Assembly (NCBI GenBank): GCA_964504595.1
Contig: CAZDEE010000005.1
Coordinates: 7,883 to 71,882, forward strand
Source: an uncultured Staphylococcaceae bacterium
Lineage (GTDB): Bacteria > Bacillota_I > Bacilli_A > RFN20 > CAG-826
Direction: 5' to 3'
Length of the DNA stretch: 64,000 nt
The notes below the pieces were generated by a model. The model saw nothing but the letters and a program-made list of their open reading frames with translations. It searched no databases and was not told where the DNA came from. Below are positions 30,342 through 39,652 of the stretch, one piece after another. Position 1 is the first letter of the stretch, and each line of letters starts with the position of its first letter. Position numbers and translations under genes: made by a program.

Positions 30342-31691
30342 ATGTCGACAAATGTATTAGATGGAGAGGCTTTTAAAAAGCTTTTATCTAATGGAACACA
30401 GTATTTATATAACGATATTGATAGAATTAATGCCCTTAATGTTTTTCCAGTACCTGATGGAGATACAGGAACAAATATGTATTTAACTATCAGTGGTGGA
30501 GTAAAAGAAATAAATACATTAAATGAAAATCATATCGGAAAATTACTTAAAGCCTTAGCTAGATCGATGACTATGTCCGCAAGAGGTAATTCTGGGGTTA
30601 TTTTATCGCAGTTTTTTAAAGGAATGTCCACTTATCTTTTAGATAAAGAAGTAGCTAATGCTCAAGATTTAATAAAATCATTTGCAAGTGGAGCAGAACG
30701 CGCTTATAAGGTCGTTCAAAAACCAACAGAAGGAACGATGCTTACTGTTATGAGAGAAGCATCAGAATATGTAAATGAACATGAATCCTTATATAGTAGT
30801 ATCGATGATGTTTTATTAGATTATATTAAAGCGGCACATGAAAGTTTAAATCATACTCCTGATTTGCTTCCAGTTTTAAAAGAGGCAGGAGTAATTGATT
30901 CAGGTGGAGCAGGATTTGCTTTAATATTTGAAGGTATGCTATTAGCATTAAATGGTACTGTTTTAAAATTTGATGAAGTTGAGACTACTCATGATGAAAA
31001 AGAAAAAGTTACAGATATTATTACTAAAGAATATGCTGTAGTTGCAGTTTCTCCTAGTGAAGGCATTTCTGAATTACTAACAAGTTTAGAATGTGATGTT
31101 ATTATTAGTGGTGGTCAAACAATGAATCCATCAAGTAATGAGTTTATAAAAGCTTTTAAAAAATTAAAAGCGGACTATATTTATGTATTTCCAAATAATA
31201 AGAATATCTTTATGTCTGCGGTTCAAGCAAGTGAAATATATAACGAATCAAAGATTATTATTATTCCAACAAAGTCAGTTGCTCAATGTTATAGTGCATT
31301 AACAATGTTAGATTATTCATCTTGCAATTATCAAGTTATTAAAGATAATTTTATGAACGCAATTGATAATGTTGTTTATGGCTCTATAACTTATGCAATT
31401 AGAGATTCTAAAATAGATGACATTATTATTCATAAAAATGATTGTTTATCTATTGTTAATGATAGAATTGTTTCTAGTTCTAGCGATAAGATTACTGCAT
31501 TAGCTAGTATTATTTCTAAAATAGATGATATTGAAGATAAATCGGTTATTTCATTAATTTATGGAAAAGATATTAATGAAGAAGAAGTAAACAAAATTAA
31601 AGATTATATACGCACGAACGCCGCAAATTTAGAAATTGTTGAAATCAATGGTGGACAAGAAGTATATTCTATTATTATTGCTATAGAATAA
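30342..31691 (+). CDS. DAK2-domain fatty acid kinase subunit A homolog (FakA/YloV-like) lacking the middle domain
   Basis: NALNVFPVPDGDTGTNM, ARGNSGVILSQ, EGTMLTV, DSGGAG, GGQTMNPS, PNNKNI, GGQ.VY; 449 aa. Confidence 0.85.
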   Translation: MSTNVLDGEAFKKLLSNGTQYLYNDIDRINALNVFPVPDGDTGTNMYLTISGGVKEINTLNENHIGKLLKALARSMTMSARGNSGVILSQFFKGMSTYLLDKEVANAQDLIKSFASGAERAYKVVQKPTEGTMLTVMREASEYVNEHESLYSSIDDVLLDYIKAAHESLNHTPDLLPVLKEAGVIDSGGAGFALIFEGMLLALNGTVLKFDEVETTHDEKEKVTDIITKEYAVVAVSPSEGISELLTSLECDVIISGGQTMNPSSNEFIKAFKKLKADYIYVFPNNKNIFMSAVQASEIYNESKIIIIPTKSVAQCYSALTMLDYSSCNYQVIKDNFMNAIDNVVYGSITYAIRDSKIDDIIIHKNDCLSIVNDRIVSSSSDKITALASIISKIDDIEDKSVISLIYGKDINEEEVNKIKDYIRTNAANLEIVEINGGQEVYSIIIAIE

Positions 31692-31749
31692 TTATGGAAT
31701 AATATTTTTAAAACTGATAAAATATTTAGTAATTAAAAGGAGATTTTAT

Positions 31750-32457
31750 ATGAAAAAAAGTAAATGGCCATATCGTGGCTATCATCCTATTTTCCATTTT
31801 TTCAGACCTATTTTTGCTTTATTTTTTCCAAAAATAGAGATTATTTGCCTTCCAGATCATATTGAAGAGTTAGCTATTTATTTAGGAAATCATTCTGCAA
31901 AAAGTGGACCAATGACTTATGAGTTATATTTTCCTAATTATTATATTCCTTGGGGCGCTCATCAAATGCTTGGAAATTATAAATCACGTTTTACATATTT
32001 AAGAGATACATTTTATATTCAAAAGCAACATTTGGGAAAATTTAGAGCTTCCTTAAAAGCGGGATTTGAGGCTATGTTTTCTAAACTTATTTATAAAGGA
32101 ATGCGTTTTATTGGTACTTACCAAGATCAACGAATGATGGAGACAATTAAAACTTCGGTTAAACTATTAGAAGAAGGTAATGCAATTATGCTTTTCCCAG
32201 AAGATTCTACTGAAGGATATAAAGAAATATTAAGTGGATTTTTTTCAGGTTTTGTGATGCTAGCGGATCGTTATTATAAGAAGCATAATATTGATTTACC
32301 AGTTTATCCTATTTATTATAGTCGAAAGAAGAAAAAACTTATTATCGGCCATCCCTTATATGTTCAAGATTTTGTAAAACAAGGATTAGATCGATATCAA
32401 ATTGCGGATGAATTTTGTAAGGCTATGAATCAACTTTATTATGATTATGTTCAATAG
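31750..32457 (+). CDS. Glycerol-3-phosphate/lysophospholipid acyltransferase-like protein
   Basis: YLGNH, MLFPED, FFSGF, PVYPIY; the HX4D Asp is absent. Confidence 0.65.
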   Translation: MKKSKWPYRGYHPIFHFFRPIFALFFPKIEIICLPDHIEELAIYLGNHSAKSGPMTYELYFPNYYIPWGAHQMLGNYKSRFTYLRDTFYIQKQHLGKFRASLKAGFEAMFSKLIYKGMRFIGTYQDQRMMETIKTSVKLLEEGNAIMLFPEDSTEGYKEILSGFFSGFVMLADRYYKKHNIDLPVYPIYYSRKKKKLIIGHPLYVQDFVKQGLDRYQIADEFCKAMNQLYYDYVQ

Positions 32458-32560
32458 AGAGTTATGTATTTAGCTACATGCTCTTTTTTTATTATGGAAA
32501 TTAAAGATAAATTATTAAGAATTATCTTATTTAAAAAAAAGAAAAGCGTTTCACTTTTAT

Positions 32561-32579
32561 TATACCCCATAAGGGTATA
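32561..32579. promoter_or_regulatory. CsoR operator
   Basis: TATACCC-CATAA-GGGTATA next to TATAAT upstream of csoR-copA; matches the known C-tract/G-tract CsoR site. Confidence 0.8.
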
Positions 32580-32604
32580 TAATAAATGTCGAGGAGATGA
32601 AATT

Positions 32605-32892
32605 ATGGAATGCTGTAATAAGATAAAAGTTAGAAGTGAAGAAGAAAAGAAACTTTTAACAACAAGAATGAACAAAGTAATTGGGCAAATGAATGGAATT
32701 AAAAAAATGATTCAAGAAGATCGTTACTGTGATGATATTTTAATTCAATTATCCGCGGCGGAAAAAGCAATTAGAAGCGTTTCTAATTTACTTTTAGAAT
32801 CACATATGCATAGTTGTCTAATAGAAAATATTGAAAATGGGAATTATGATATTGTTGATGATGTTATTGATTTAATTAAGAGGTTCCAATAA
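32605..32892 (+). CDS. csoR: Copper-sensing repressor CsoR
   Basis: R.NKVIGQ.NGI.KMI.EDRYCDDIL.QLSA...LESH...C; GAGGAG RBS. Confidence 0.9.
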   Translation: MECCNKIKVRSEEEKKLLTTRMNKVIGQMNGIKKMIQEDRYCDDILIQLSAAEKAIRSVSNLLLESHMHSCLIENIENGNYDIVDDVIDLIKRFQ

Positions 32893-35372
32893 TGAAAGAA
32901 AAGTTTTTAGTTGAAGGAATGACATGTGCGGCATGTCAAAGTCATGTTCAAAAAGCAGTTTCAAAAGTTGATGGAGTAATTGAAGCGAATGTTAATCTTC
33001 TTTCTAATTCAATGGAAGTAGAATGGGATGAGAATATTTGTTCTGCAAGTGTGATTGAAGAAGCAGTAAAAAAAGCGGGTTATAAAGCTTTCTTGTTTAA
33101 GAATAGAAAAGATGAAAAAAAGAAAGATAAAAAGTTAATAGAATTAATTGTTAGCTTTGCTTTTCTTTTAATCTTGATGTATTTATCAATGGGACATATG
33201 ATAAATCTTCCATTACCATCTTTCTTAAGTGGATTAGAAAACGCAACTTGGCATGCTTTAAGTCAATTGCTATGTGTTATTCCAATTATTATTATTTATC
33301 GACGATACTATATTTCGGGTTTTTCAAAATTATTTAAAGGAAAACCTAACATGGATTCTTTAATAGCTTTAGGATCCTGTGCATCATTGATTTATGGTCT
33401 TGTAGCGATTGTTAGAATGTATATGGGATTAAAAACTAATGATATTGAGTTAGTGAAGCATTATCATGAAAATCTATATTTTGAATCAGCAGGAATGATT
33501 CTAACTTTAGTTTCATTAGGTAAGTATTTTGAAAGTTTATCTAAGAAAAAGACAACATCTGCAATTGAAAAATTAATGGATTTAGCACCTAAAACAGCAA
33601 GAATAATTGAAAATGAAAAGGAAAAGATTGTTCGTGTTGAGGAAGTTAAAATCGGTGATGTTGTTTTAGTAAAAAAAGGTGAAGCAGTACCAGTAGATGG
33701 AATTATTATTAAAGGATCAGCTTCATTTGATCAATCGACTTTAACAGGCGAAAGTATTCCAGTTTATAAAGAAGTAAAAGAAGAAGTATTATCTTCTTCA
33801 ATAATAACTGCGGGTATTGTATATATTAAGGCTACTAAAGTTGGTGAAGATACTTCGATTGCTTCAATTATTAGACTTGTTGATGAGGCTAGCAATTCGA
33901 AAGCCCCTATTTCAAAGTTGGTTGACAAAATATCAAGTATTTTTGTTCCAGTGATAATGATGATTGCTGTAATTACTTTGGTAGTAAATCTATTGTTTAA
34001 GAATTCATTTGAAGAATCATTTAATTTTGCTATTTCTGTCTTAGTTATCGCTTGTCCATGTGCTTTAGGTTTAGCAACTCCAGTTGCGATTATGGTTGGT
34101 ACTGGTAAAGGAGCGGAACATGGTATTTTATTTAAGAATGCCGAAATATTAGAAAAAGCTCATTCTATAAAGACCGTTGTTTTAGATAAAACAGGAACAA
34201 TAACCGAAGGTAAGCCTGAAGTAGTCGAAGTTATACATTATAAAAAAGAGATTGATATTGTTTCTATTGCTTATTCTTTAGAAAAATTATCTGAACATCC
34301 TCTTGCTCTAGCGGTTGTTAGTTATGGAGAAAAGGAAAAAGCAATGCAACTTGAAGTAGAGGATTTTATTTCTCTTGATGGTGTAGGGCTAAAAGGAATA
34401 ATTGATAAAAGTACATTTGTTATAGGAAATGAAAGAGTCCTGGATTTAATTGATGATAAATGTAATAAAGATAATATAAGAAATGATATTAATAGATTAT
34501 CATCGTTAGGAAATACACCAATTATTATGATTAGTGAGAATGATGTTGTTGGTATTTTTGCAATTAAAGATAAAGTTAAATTAGGTGCAGTTGCGGCGAT
34601 TAAAAAATTAAAGAATAAGGGCATTAAGGTCATAATGCTAACAGGCGATAACAAGATAACTGCAGAAAAGATTGCTCAGGAAGTTGGCGTTGATCAGGTT
34701 GTTGCGGAAGTATATCCAACAGATAAGCAAGATGTAATTAATTCATTAAAGAAAGATGATAAAAATCTTGTTGCAATGGTTGGAGATGGTGTTAACGACG
34801 CTTTGGCGCTTATCACCGCGGATTTAGGTGTTTCATTAGGCAACGCTACAGATATTGCAATTGAATCGAGTGATATTATTTTATTAAAAAATGACTTGAA
34901 TGATATTGTTACGATGATTGATTTAAGTAAAAGAGTTCTATCGGTTATTAAGGGCAATTTGTTCTGGGCATTTATTTATAACTGTATTGGAGTGGTCTTG
35001 GCAACCGGATTATTCTATTCATCATTTGGTATTAGATTAAATCCGATGATTGGATCATTGGCAATGAGCTTTTCAAGCGTTTTTGTTGTTTTAAATGCTT
35101 TAACTATTTACTTATTTAAAATAAAAACAGAAAAAGAAGAAACTATAATAATGAAGGAGGAAACGAAAATGAAAGAGATAATTATTAATGTTAATGGAAT
35201 GATGTGTAATCATTGTAAAGCACATGTTGAAAATGCCTTACTTGAAGTAGAAGGAGTTATCGAAGCAAATGCATCATTAGAAGAAAAGAACGTCACTATA
35301 AAATATAATGGTGATATTAATCGTAATGTATTTATTTCTGTGATTATGAATGCGGGATATGAGGCAAAATAA
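32892..35372 (+). CDS. copA: Copper-translocating P1B-type ATPase with N- and C-terminal HMA domains
   Basis: GMTCAAC, TGES, CPC, DKTGT, SEHP, GDGVND, YN, MSFSS; C-terminal GMMCNHC. Confidence 0.95.
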   Translation: MKEKFLVEGMTCAACQSHVQKAVSKVDGVIEANVNLLSNSMEVEWDENICSASVIEEAVKKAGYKAFLFKNRKDEKKKDKKLIELIVSFAFLLILMYLSMGHMINLPLPSFLSGLENATWHALSQLLCVIPIIIIYRRYYISGFSKLFKGKPNMDSLIALGSCASLIYGLVAIVRMYMGLKTNDIELVKHYHENLYFESAGMILTLVSLGKYFESLSKKKTTSAIEKLMDLAPKTARIIENEKEKIVRVEEVKIGDVVLVKKGEAVPVDGIIIKGSASFDQSTLTGESIPVYKEVKEEVLSSSIITAGIVYIKATKVGEDTSIASIIRLVDEASNSKAPISKLVDKISSIFVPVIMMIAVITLVVNLLFKNSFEESFNFAISVLVIACPCALGLATPVAIMVGTGKGAEHGILFKNAEILEKAHSIKTVVLDKTGTITEGKPEVVEVIHYKKEIDIVSIAYSLEKLSEHPLALAVVSYGEKEKAMQLEVEDFISLDGVGLKGIIDKSTFVIGNERVLDLIDDKCNKDNIRNDINRLSSLGNTPIIMISENDVVGIFAIKDKVKLGAVAAIKKLKNKGIKVIMLTGDNKITAEKIAQEVGVDQVVAEVYPTDKQDVINSLKKDDKNLVAMVGDGVNDALALITADLGVSLGNATDIAIESSDIILLKNDLNDIVTMIDLSKRVLSVIKGNLFWAFIYNCIGVVLATGLFYSSFGIRLNPMIGSLAMSFSSVFVVLNALTIYLFKIKTEKEETIIMKEETKMKEIIINVNGMMCNHCKAHVENALLEVEGVIEANASLEEKNVTIKYNGDINRNVFISVIMNAGYEAK

Positions 35373-35373
35373 T
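35154..35373 (+). repeat. 220-bp direct repeat, copy 1 (RBS plus HMA coding sequence at the 3' end of copA)
   Basis: Matches 36542-36761 with 5 mismatches by manual alignment. Confidence 0.95.
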
Positions 35374-35493
35374 AGGTGTATTTAAGTAAAAAATAAAATA
35401 AAAATATTTTTTTGCGTTTAATTTGAAAAAAGTTTGAGACTACGCTCTCTTTTCTTCTTTTATAATATGAGTATATATTATTGGAGGAAAAGA

Positions 35494-36486
35494 ATGGCGA
35501 ATATTACAAAGTATAATAATGATTTTCAAAGTATTATAAGAATAATTGAACAATCAAAAGCACGTGCGATTAGGGCTGTTAATAGTGAAATGATTGAAAT
35601 GTATTGGCAGATTGGAAAATTTATTATTGAAAAGGCTGAAACGGATGGCTGGGGGAAAAGTGTGGTACAAGAATTTTCAGCTTTTTTAAAGCAAACTTAT
35701 TTAAATTCAAGTGGGTTTTCATCGCAAAATATATGGAGAATGAAGCAATTTTATGAGACATATAAGAATAATAAAAAACTCTCACCACTGGTGAGAGAAA
35801 TTACTTGGTCAAATAATTTAATAATTATGGCAAAATGTAAAACTTATGAAGAAAAAGAATTTTATTTAAAAAATACTATTGATCATTGTTATGGGAAGAG
35901 AGAACTTGAACGACAAATAGATAGTATGTTATATGAAAGAACAATGATTTTTTCATTAAAGAGTAGTGATTTAATAAAAAAGCATCCAGTAGTTAGTATT
36001 TTTCGTGATACGTATATTCTTGAGTTTTTAGATATTCCTAGCGATTATAAGGAAAAAGACCTACGTAAATCTATTATTAGAAATTTAAAACAATTTATTT
36101 TAGAATTTGGAAAAGATTTTACATTTATAGGTGAAGAATATCGCATACAAGTTGGAAATATAGATTTTTTTATCGATCTTCTTTTTTATAATCGGGCACT
36201 TTCTTGCCTTGTTACAGTTGAATTAAAGATTGGAAAATTTAAGATAGAACATTTAGGACAACTCAATTTCTATTTAGAAATATTGAATAAGAATGTGAAA
36301 AAACAAAATGAGAATCCAAGTGTAGGATTAATTCTTTATACATATAAAGATGATATGGTTGTAGAATATGCTTTGAGTAATAATCTTTCTCCAGCTATGG
36401 TGGCCGATTATTCGTTAAAGCTCCCTGATAAAAAATTATTAAAAGAGAAATTACGAGAGTTTTCAAAGCTTACTAATAGGAATTGA
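35494..36486 (+). CDS. YhcG/DUF1016 PD-(D/E)XK nuclease family protein
   Basis: YWQIG, GWGK.VV, GFS.QNIWRM.QFY, FILEFGKDFTFIG, IDLLFY, VELK.GKF..EH.GQLNFY. Confidence 0.92.
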   Translation: MANITKYNNDFQSIIRIIEQSKARAIRAVNSEMIEMYWQIGKFIIEKAETDGWGKSVVQEFSAFLKQTYLNSSGFSSQNIWRMKQFYETYKNNKKLSPLVREITWSNNLIIMAKCKTYEEKEFYLKNTIDHCYGKRELERQIDSMLYERTMIFSLKSSDLIKKHPVVSIFRDTYILEFLDIPSDYKEKDLRKSIIRNLKQFILEFGKDFTFIGEEYRIQVGNIDFFIDLLFYNRALSCLVTVELKIGKFKIEHLGQLNFYLEILNKNVKKQNENPSVGLILYTYKDDMVVEYALSNNLSPAMVADYSLKLPDKKLLKEKLREFSKLTNRN

Positions 36487-36541
36487 TGAAGTCTCACTTT
36501 GTTAAGTATTTATTTGTATTAGAATAAAATAATAAGTTGAT

Positions 36542-36761
36542 AAGGAGGAAATGAAAATGAAAGAGATAATTATTAATGTTAATGGAATGATGTGTAATCA
36601 TTGTAAAGCACATGTTGAAAATGCCTTACTTGAAGTAGAAGGAGTTATCGAAGCAAATGCATCATTAGAAGAAAAGAACGTCACTATAAAATATAATGGT
36701 GATATTAATCGTGATGAATTTATTTCTGCGATTATGAACGCGGGATATGAGGCAAAATAAT
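36542..36761 (+). repeat. 220-bp direct repeat, copy 2 (copZ gene with its RBS)
   Basis: Matches 35154-35373. Confidence 0.95.
36557..36760 (+). CDS. copZ: Copper chaperone (HMA domain)
   Basis: GMMCNHC; AAGGAGG RBS 8 nt before ATG 36557. Confidence 0.85.
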   Translation: MKEIIINVNGMMCNHCKAHVENALLEVEGVIEANASLEEKNVTIKYNGDINRDEFISAIMNAGYEAK

Positions 36762-37362
36762 GTCGAAGTTATTATATATTGGACATGGTGCTGTTCGTAT
36801 TATCTCCAATAATGGAAAAGTATTATATTTAGATCCATTTTTAGGAGATGGGTATGATTTAGAAGCGGATTATGTTTTAATAACACATGAACATTATGAT
36901 CATACAGCAATTGAAAAACTTAAGTTAAAAGAAAGCACAATTATTATTCGTTCATTTGATATGATTACTTCAGATGGTTATAAAAAAATTAATTTAGATG
37001 ATTTTGAAGTTGAAGCTACAGAAGCTTATAATACTAATCATAAAAAGAGTGAATGCGTCGGCTATTTAATTAAGGTTGATGGGGTATTACTTTATTTTAG
37101 TGGTGATACTTCATTAACTTCACAGATGGATTCATTAAAAGAAAGAAAAATAGATTATGCATTTTTCTGTGGTGATGGAATCTATAATATGAATATCGAT
37201 GAGGCATCTATATGCGCTTATAAAGTACAAGCAAAGGTGAGTATTCCATATCATTTATATCCAGATCATTTATTTGATGAATCTTTAGCGGAAAGGTTTA
37301 CCGCACCAAAAAGATTTATTATGTATCCTAATCAAGAAATTGAAATATTTAAGCAAAAATAA
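36760..37362 (+). CDS. MBL-fold metallo-hydrolase
   Basis: GHG, DPF, THEHYDH, SGDT, IPYH. Confidence 0.9.
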   Translation: MSKLLYIGHGAVRIISNNGKVLYLDPFLGDGYDLEADYVLITHEHYDHTAIEKLKLKESTIIIRSFDMITSDGYKKINLDDFEVEATEAYNTNHKKSECVGYLIKVDGVLLYFSGDTSLTSQMDSLKERKIDYAFFCGDGIYNMNIDEASICAYKVQAKVSIPYHLYPDHLFDESLAERFTAPKRFIMYPNQEIEIFKQK

Positions 37363-37395
37363 AAGGGGCGTTAACCCCTTTTTTAAAAAAATTAA

Positions 37396-37863
37396 TTATT
37401 CGTGTAATTTGCCACAAACATCATCGACGATACTAACCGCACGATTTAAGAGTTCGAAGCATTCATCACCGAGTGAATCTCCACTGACGACTGCATCTAA
37501 AGCTGCGGTGAATTCGTTATCGCTATCAACGTAGAAACGTAACCAACGATATGAATAGCACATGCTATTACAGAATTCATAAGCATCATTAAGTTGGCTT
37601 GCATCGAATTTTTCAATTGAGAAAACACGGAGAGCGAATGATAAACCATCATCATCAAAGATAAATGTAAAGGTTAAACTTTCGAAATTATCACCTTTGT
37701 AGTTAATGTAAATAATTGGTTTTTCATCATGTAAATCATATTTGATTTTTTCTGAATCTAATTTTCTAACGAATGCATCTCTTGCTGAGAATCCATCAGT
37801 TACGCCTTTAAATTTAAAACCGCCACCGGTACTACTGCTTCCACTTGATTTTTTTCCAAACAT
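37396..37863 (-). CDS. YbjN-domain protein
   Basis: E.CN.M...YRWLRFYVD.D.E motif; AAGGAG RBS. Confidence 0.7.
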   Translation of the reverse strand: MFGKKSSGSSSTGGGFKFKGVTDGFSARDAFVRKLDSEKIKYDLHDEKPIIYINYKGDNFESLTFTFIFDDDGLSFALRVFSIEKFDASQLNDAYEFCNSMCYSYRWLRFYVDSDNEFTAALDAVVSGDSLGDECFELLNRAVSIVDDVCGKLHE

Positions 37864-38030
37864 TTTAACAACACTCCTTTTCTTTGTTCATGCTTTTAGT
37901 ATAATATGTAACAAATATAAAATCAAGTTATTAATTATATGAAAATTAAAATAAAATGATTTTAAGAAAAAATGTCGTTTTTGTCATATTTTTGTAATAA
38001 ATAATTATTATTTTATGAGGTTGAATAAAT

Positions 38031-38537
38031 ATGAAAAAATCGAATTTATATCGGGATTTATTATTGGTAAGTAATTTATATCCTAACAGAATCGCTTTTA
38101 AAAAGAAGTTATATCGATTAACTTATCGTAAATTGATAAAATTAATTGATACAGTATCAAGATATTTATATTCATTAGGTTTTAAGAAAGGAGATTTAAT
38201 TTCTATTGTTAGTGATTATAAGAAAGAAAATTTAATACTTTTTTATGCATCATCAAAGATTGGGCTTAATATTAAGGAAATTGACTTTAAAAATAAAGCT
38301 TTAATTGGAACTTTAGAAAGTAATGGATATATTATTGATATTGTTAGAAATAAGCACTATGTTCATCATAATTATAAATACCTAAAATGGAATAATATTT
38401 TTTTAAATTCATTTAATTTTTATTTGCCAATTTTTAATGGAAAAAGTGAAATTAATTATTTTAAAAAGATCCATGAAAAATTGATTTTAAATAATAAGCG
38501 AATAGTTTTAAATAAGTATAATTTAAAAAAAGGTTAA
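38031..38537 (+). CDS. Truncated AMP-binding (ANL superfamily) N-terminal stub
   Basis: YPNRIAF...LTYRKL...YL.SLGFKKGD.I.I...FYASSKIG; no TSGTTG or later motifs. Confidence 0.55.
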   Translation: MKKSNLYRDLLLVSNLYPNRIAFKKKLYRLTYRKLIKLIDTVSRYLYSLGFKKGDLISIVSDYKKENLILFYASSKIGLNIKEIDFKNKALIGTLESNGYIIDIVRNKHYVHHNYKYLKWNNIFLNSFNFYLPIFNGKSEINYFKKIHEKLILNNKRIVLNKYNLKKG

Positions 38538-38624
38538 AATATTAAATAAAATTTAATATCGATTGTAATTTTTTTAAAAAAAGTTATATTATTTATATAT
38601 AAAAAAACATTGGATGTGAAATAA

Positions 38625-39650
38625 ATGAACAAATTAATTTTCTTTAAGTCGTTAGAAAAAGCTGTTAAAGAATTGCCTTTAGATGATCAAAAAATGATTA
38701 TTAAAGAATATGAATTTCGTTATCAACAAGAGAAAATGAAAGGCCGTAAAGATAAAGAAATAATCGGTTCTTTTGGTTCGCCTAATGAAATTGTTGAAGC
38801 ATATTTAGCAAAAAGAAAAGTGGAAGTATCGGTTAATTTAAATACAGAATTAACTTCCACTGATGGTTCAACTACTTATCAAGCTGTTTATGAAGCTAGG
38901 AAAGAAGAATTAATAACTGAAAAAGAAGAAACTACTGAAAAAGAAGAAGTTGTTGTGGAAGTTAATCCGAATTTAGAGCTTGAAGTTACTTCTAAAGAGG
39001 AAACTATTGAAGAAGAAATTGCAATAGAAGAAAAATCAGATGAAGAAACTGAACAAGAAATAACTACAAATAAGGTTGAAGAAACAATAATGGTTAATGA
39101 AGAAGTAACAACTGTAGAAAATGAAAAAACAGAAGCAAATAATGAAAAACGTTCTGGTTCTAAAGAAACAATTTTAGAAGTTAATCCAAATCTAAAAATT
39201 GAAGTTCCGGTTAAACATGAAGCGGTTGTTGAAGAAAAGGCTGAGGAGACATCAAAAAAGAAATCAAAAAAAGAAAAGAAGAAGGATAAAAAAGATAAGA
39301 AAGATGAAACAAAGGAAAAGCAAGAAAAATCGATAAAGAAGATTCCTGCTGTACTTATTCCTTTATGGCTTATATTAATTATTCTTGTCTTAGGATTAGA
39401 TTTAGTAATTGGGTTATTATATATTCCATTTACTTTCTTAGGATTTGGTATTTTCCTTTTTGGAATATATGTTTTAGTGGGTTCTGTTATGTTTTTTATG
39501 TCAGCAAACATTTTTAATGGATTGTTTCAAGCGGGAATTGGAGTCCTAATTTTAGTACTAAGTGTAGTATTTATTTCATTAGTGAATTTAATTCTTAAGA
39601 AATCTTGGAAACTTTTAGGAACTATGTTTAGAATGATGAGAGGTAAATAG
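38625..39650 (+). CDS. DUF1700/HAAS-domain membrane protein with long acidic insert
   Basis: F..SLE..V..LP.DD...II.EYE.......G....EII.SFGSP.EI; C-terminal TM helices. Confidence 0.75.
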   Translation: MNKLIFFKSLEKAVKELPLDDQKMIIKEYEFRYQQEKMKGRKDKEIIGSFGSPNEIVEAYLAKRKVEVSVNLNTELTSTDGSTTYQAVYEARKEELITEKEETTEKEEVVVEVNPNLELEVTSKEETIEEEIAIEEKSDEETEQEITTNKVEETIMVNEEVTTVENEKTEANNEKRSGSKETILEVNPNLKIEVPVKHEAVVEEKAEETSKKKSKKEKKKDKKDKKDETKEKQEKSIKKIPAVLIPLWLILIILVLGLDLVIGLLYIPFTFLGFGIFLFGIYVLVGSVMFFMSANIFNGLFQAGIGVLILVLSVVFISLVNLILKKSWKLLGTMFRMMRGK

Positions 39651-39652
39651 AT

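Noticed and set aside
32464-32604. N-terminal extension of CsoR in the ORF track
   Set aside because: It spans the promoter and operator; the real start is ATG 32605 after GAGGAG.
38888-39511. 207-aa minus-strand Ser/Phe-rich ORF
   Set aside because: Antisense shadow of the Glu/Lys-rich linker of the DUF1700 gene.
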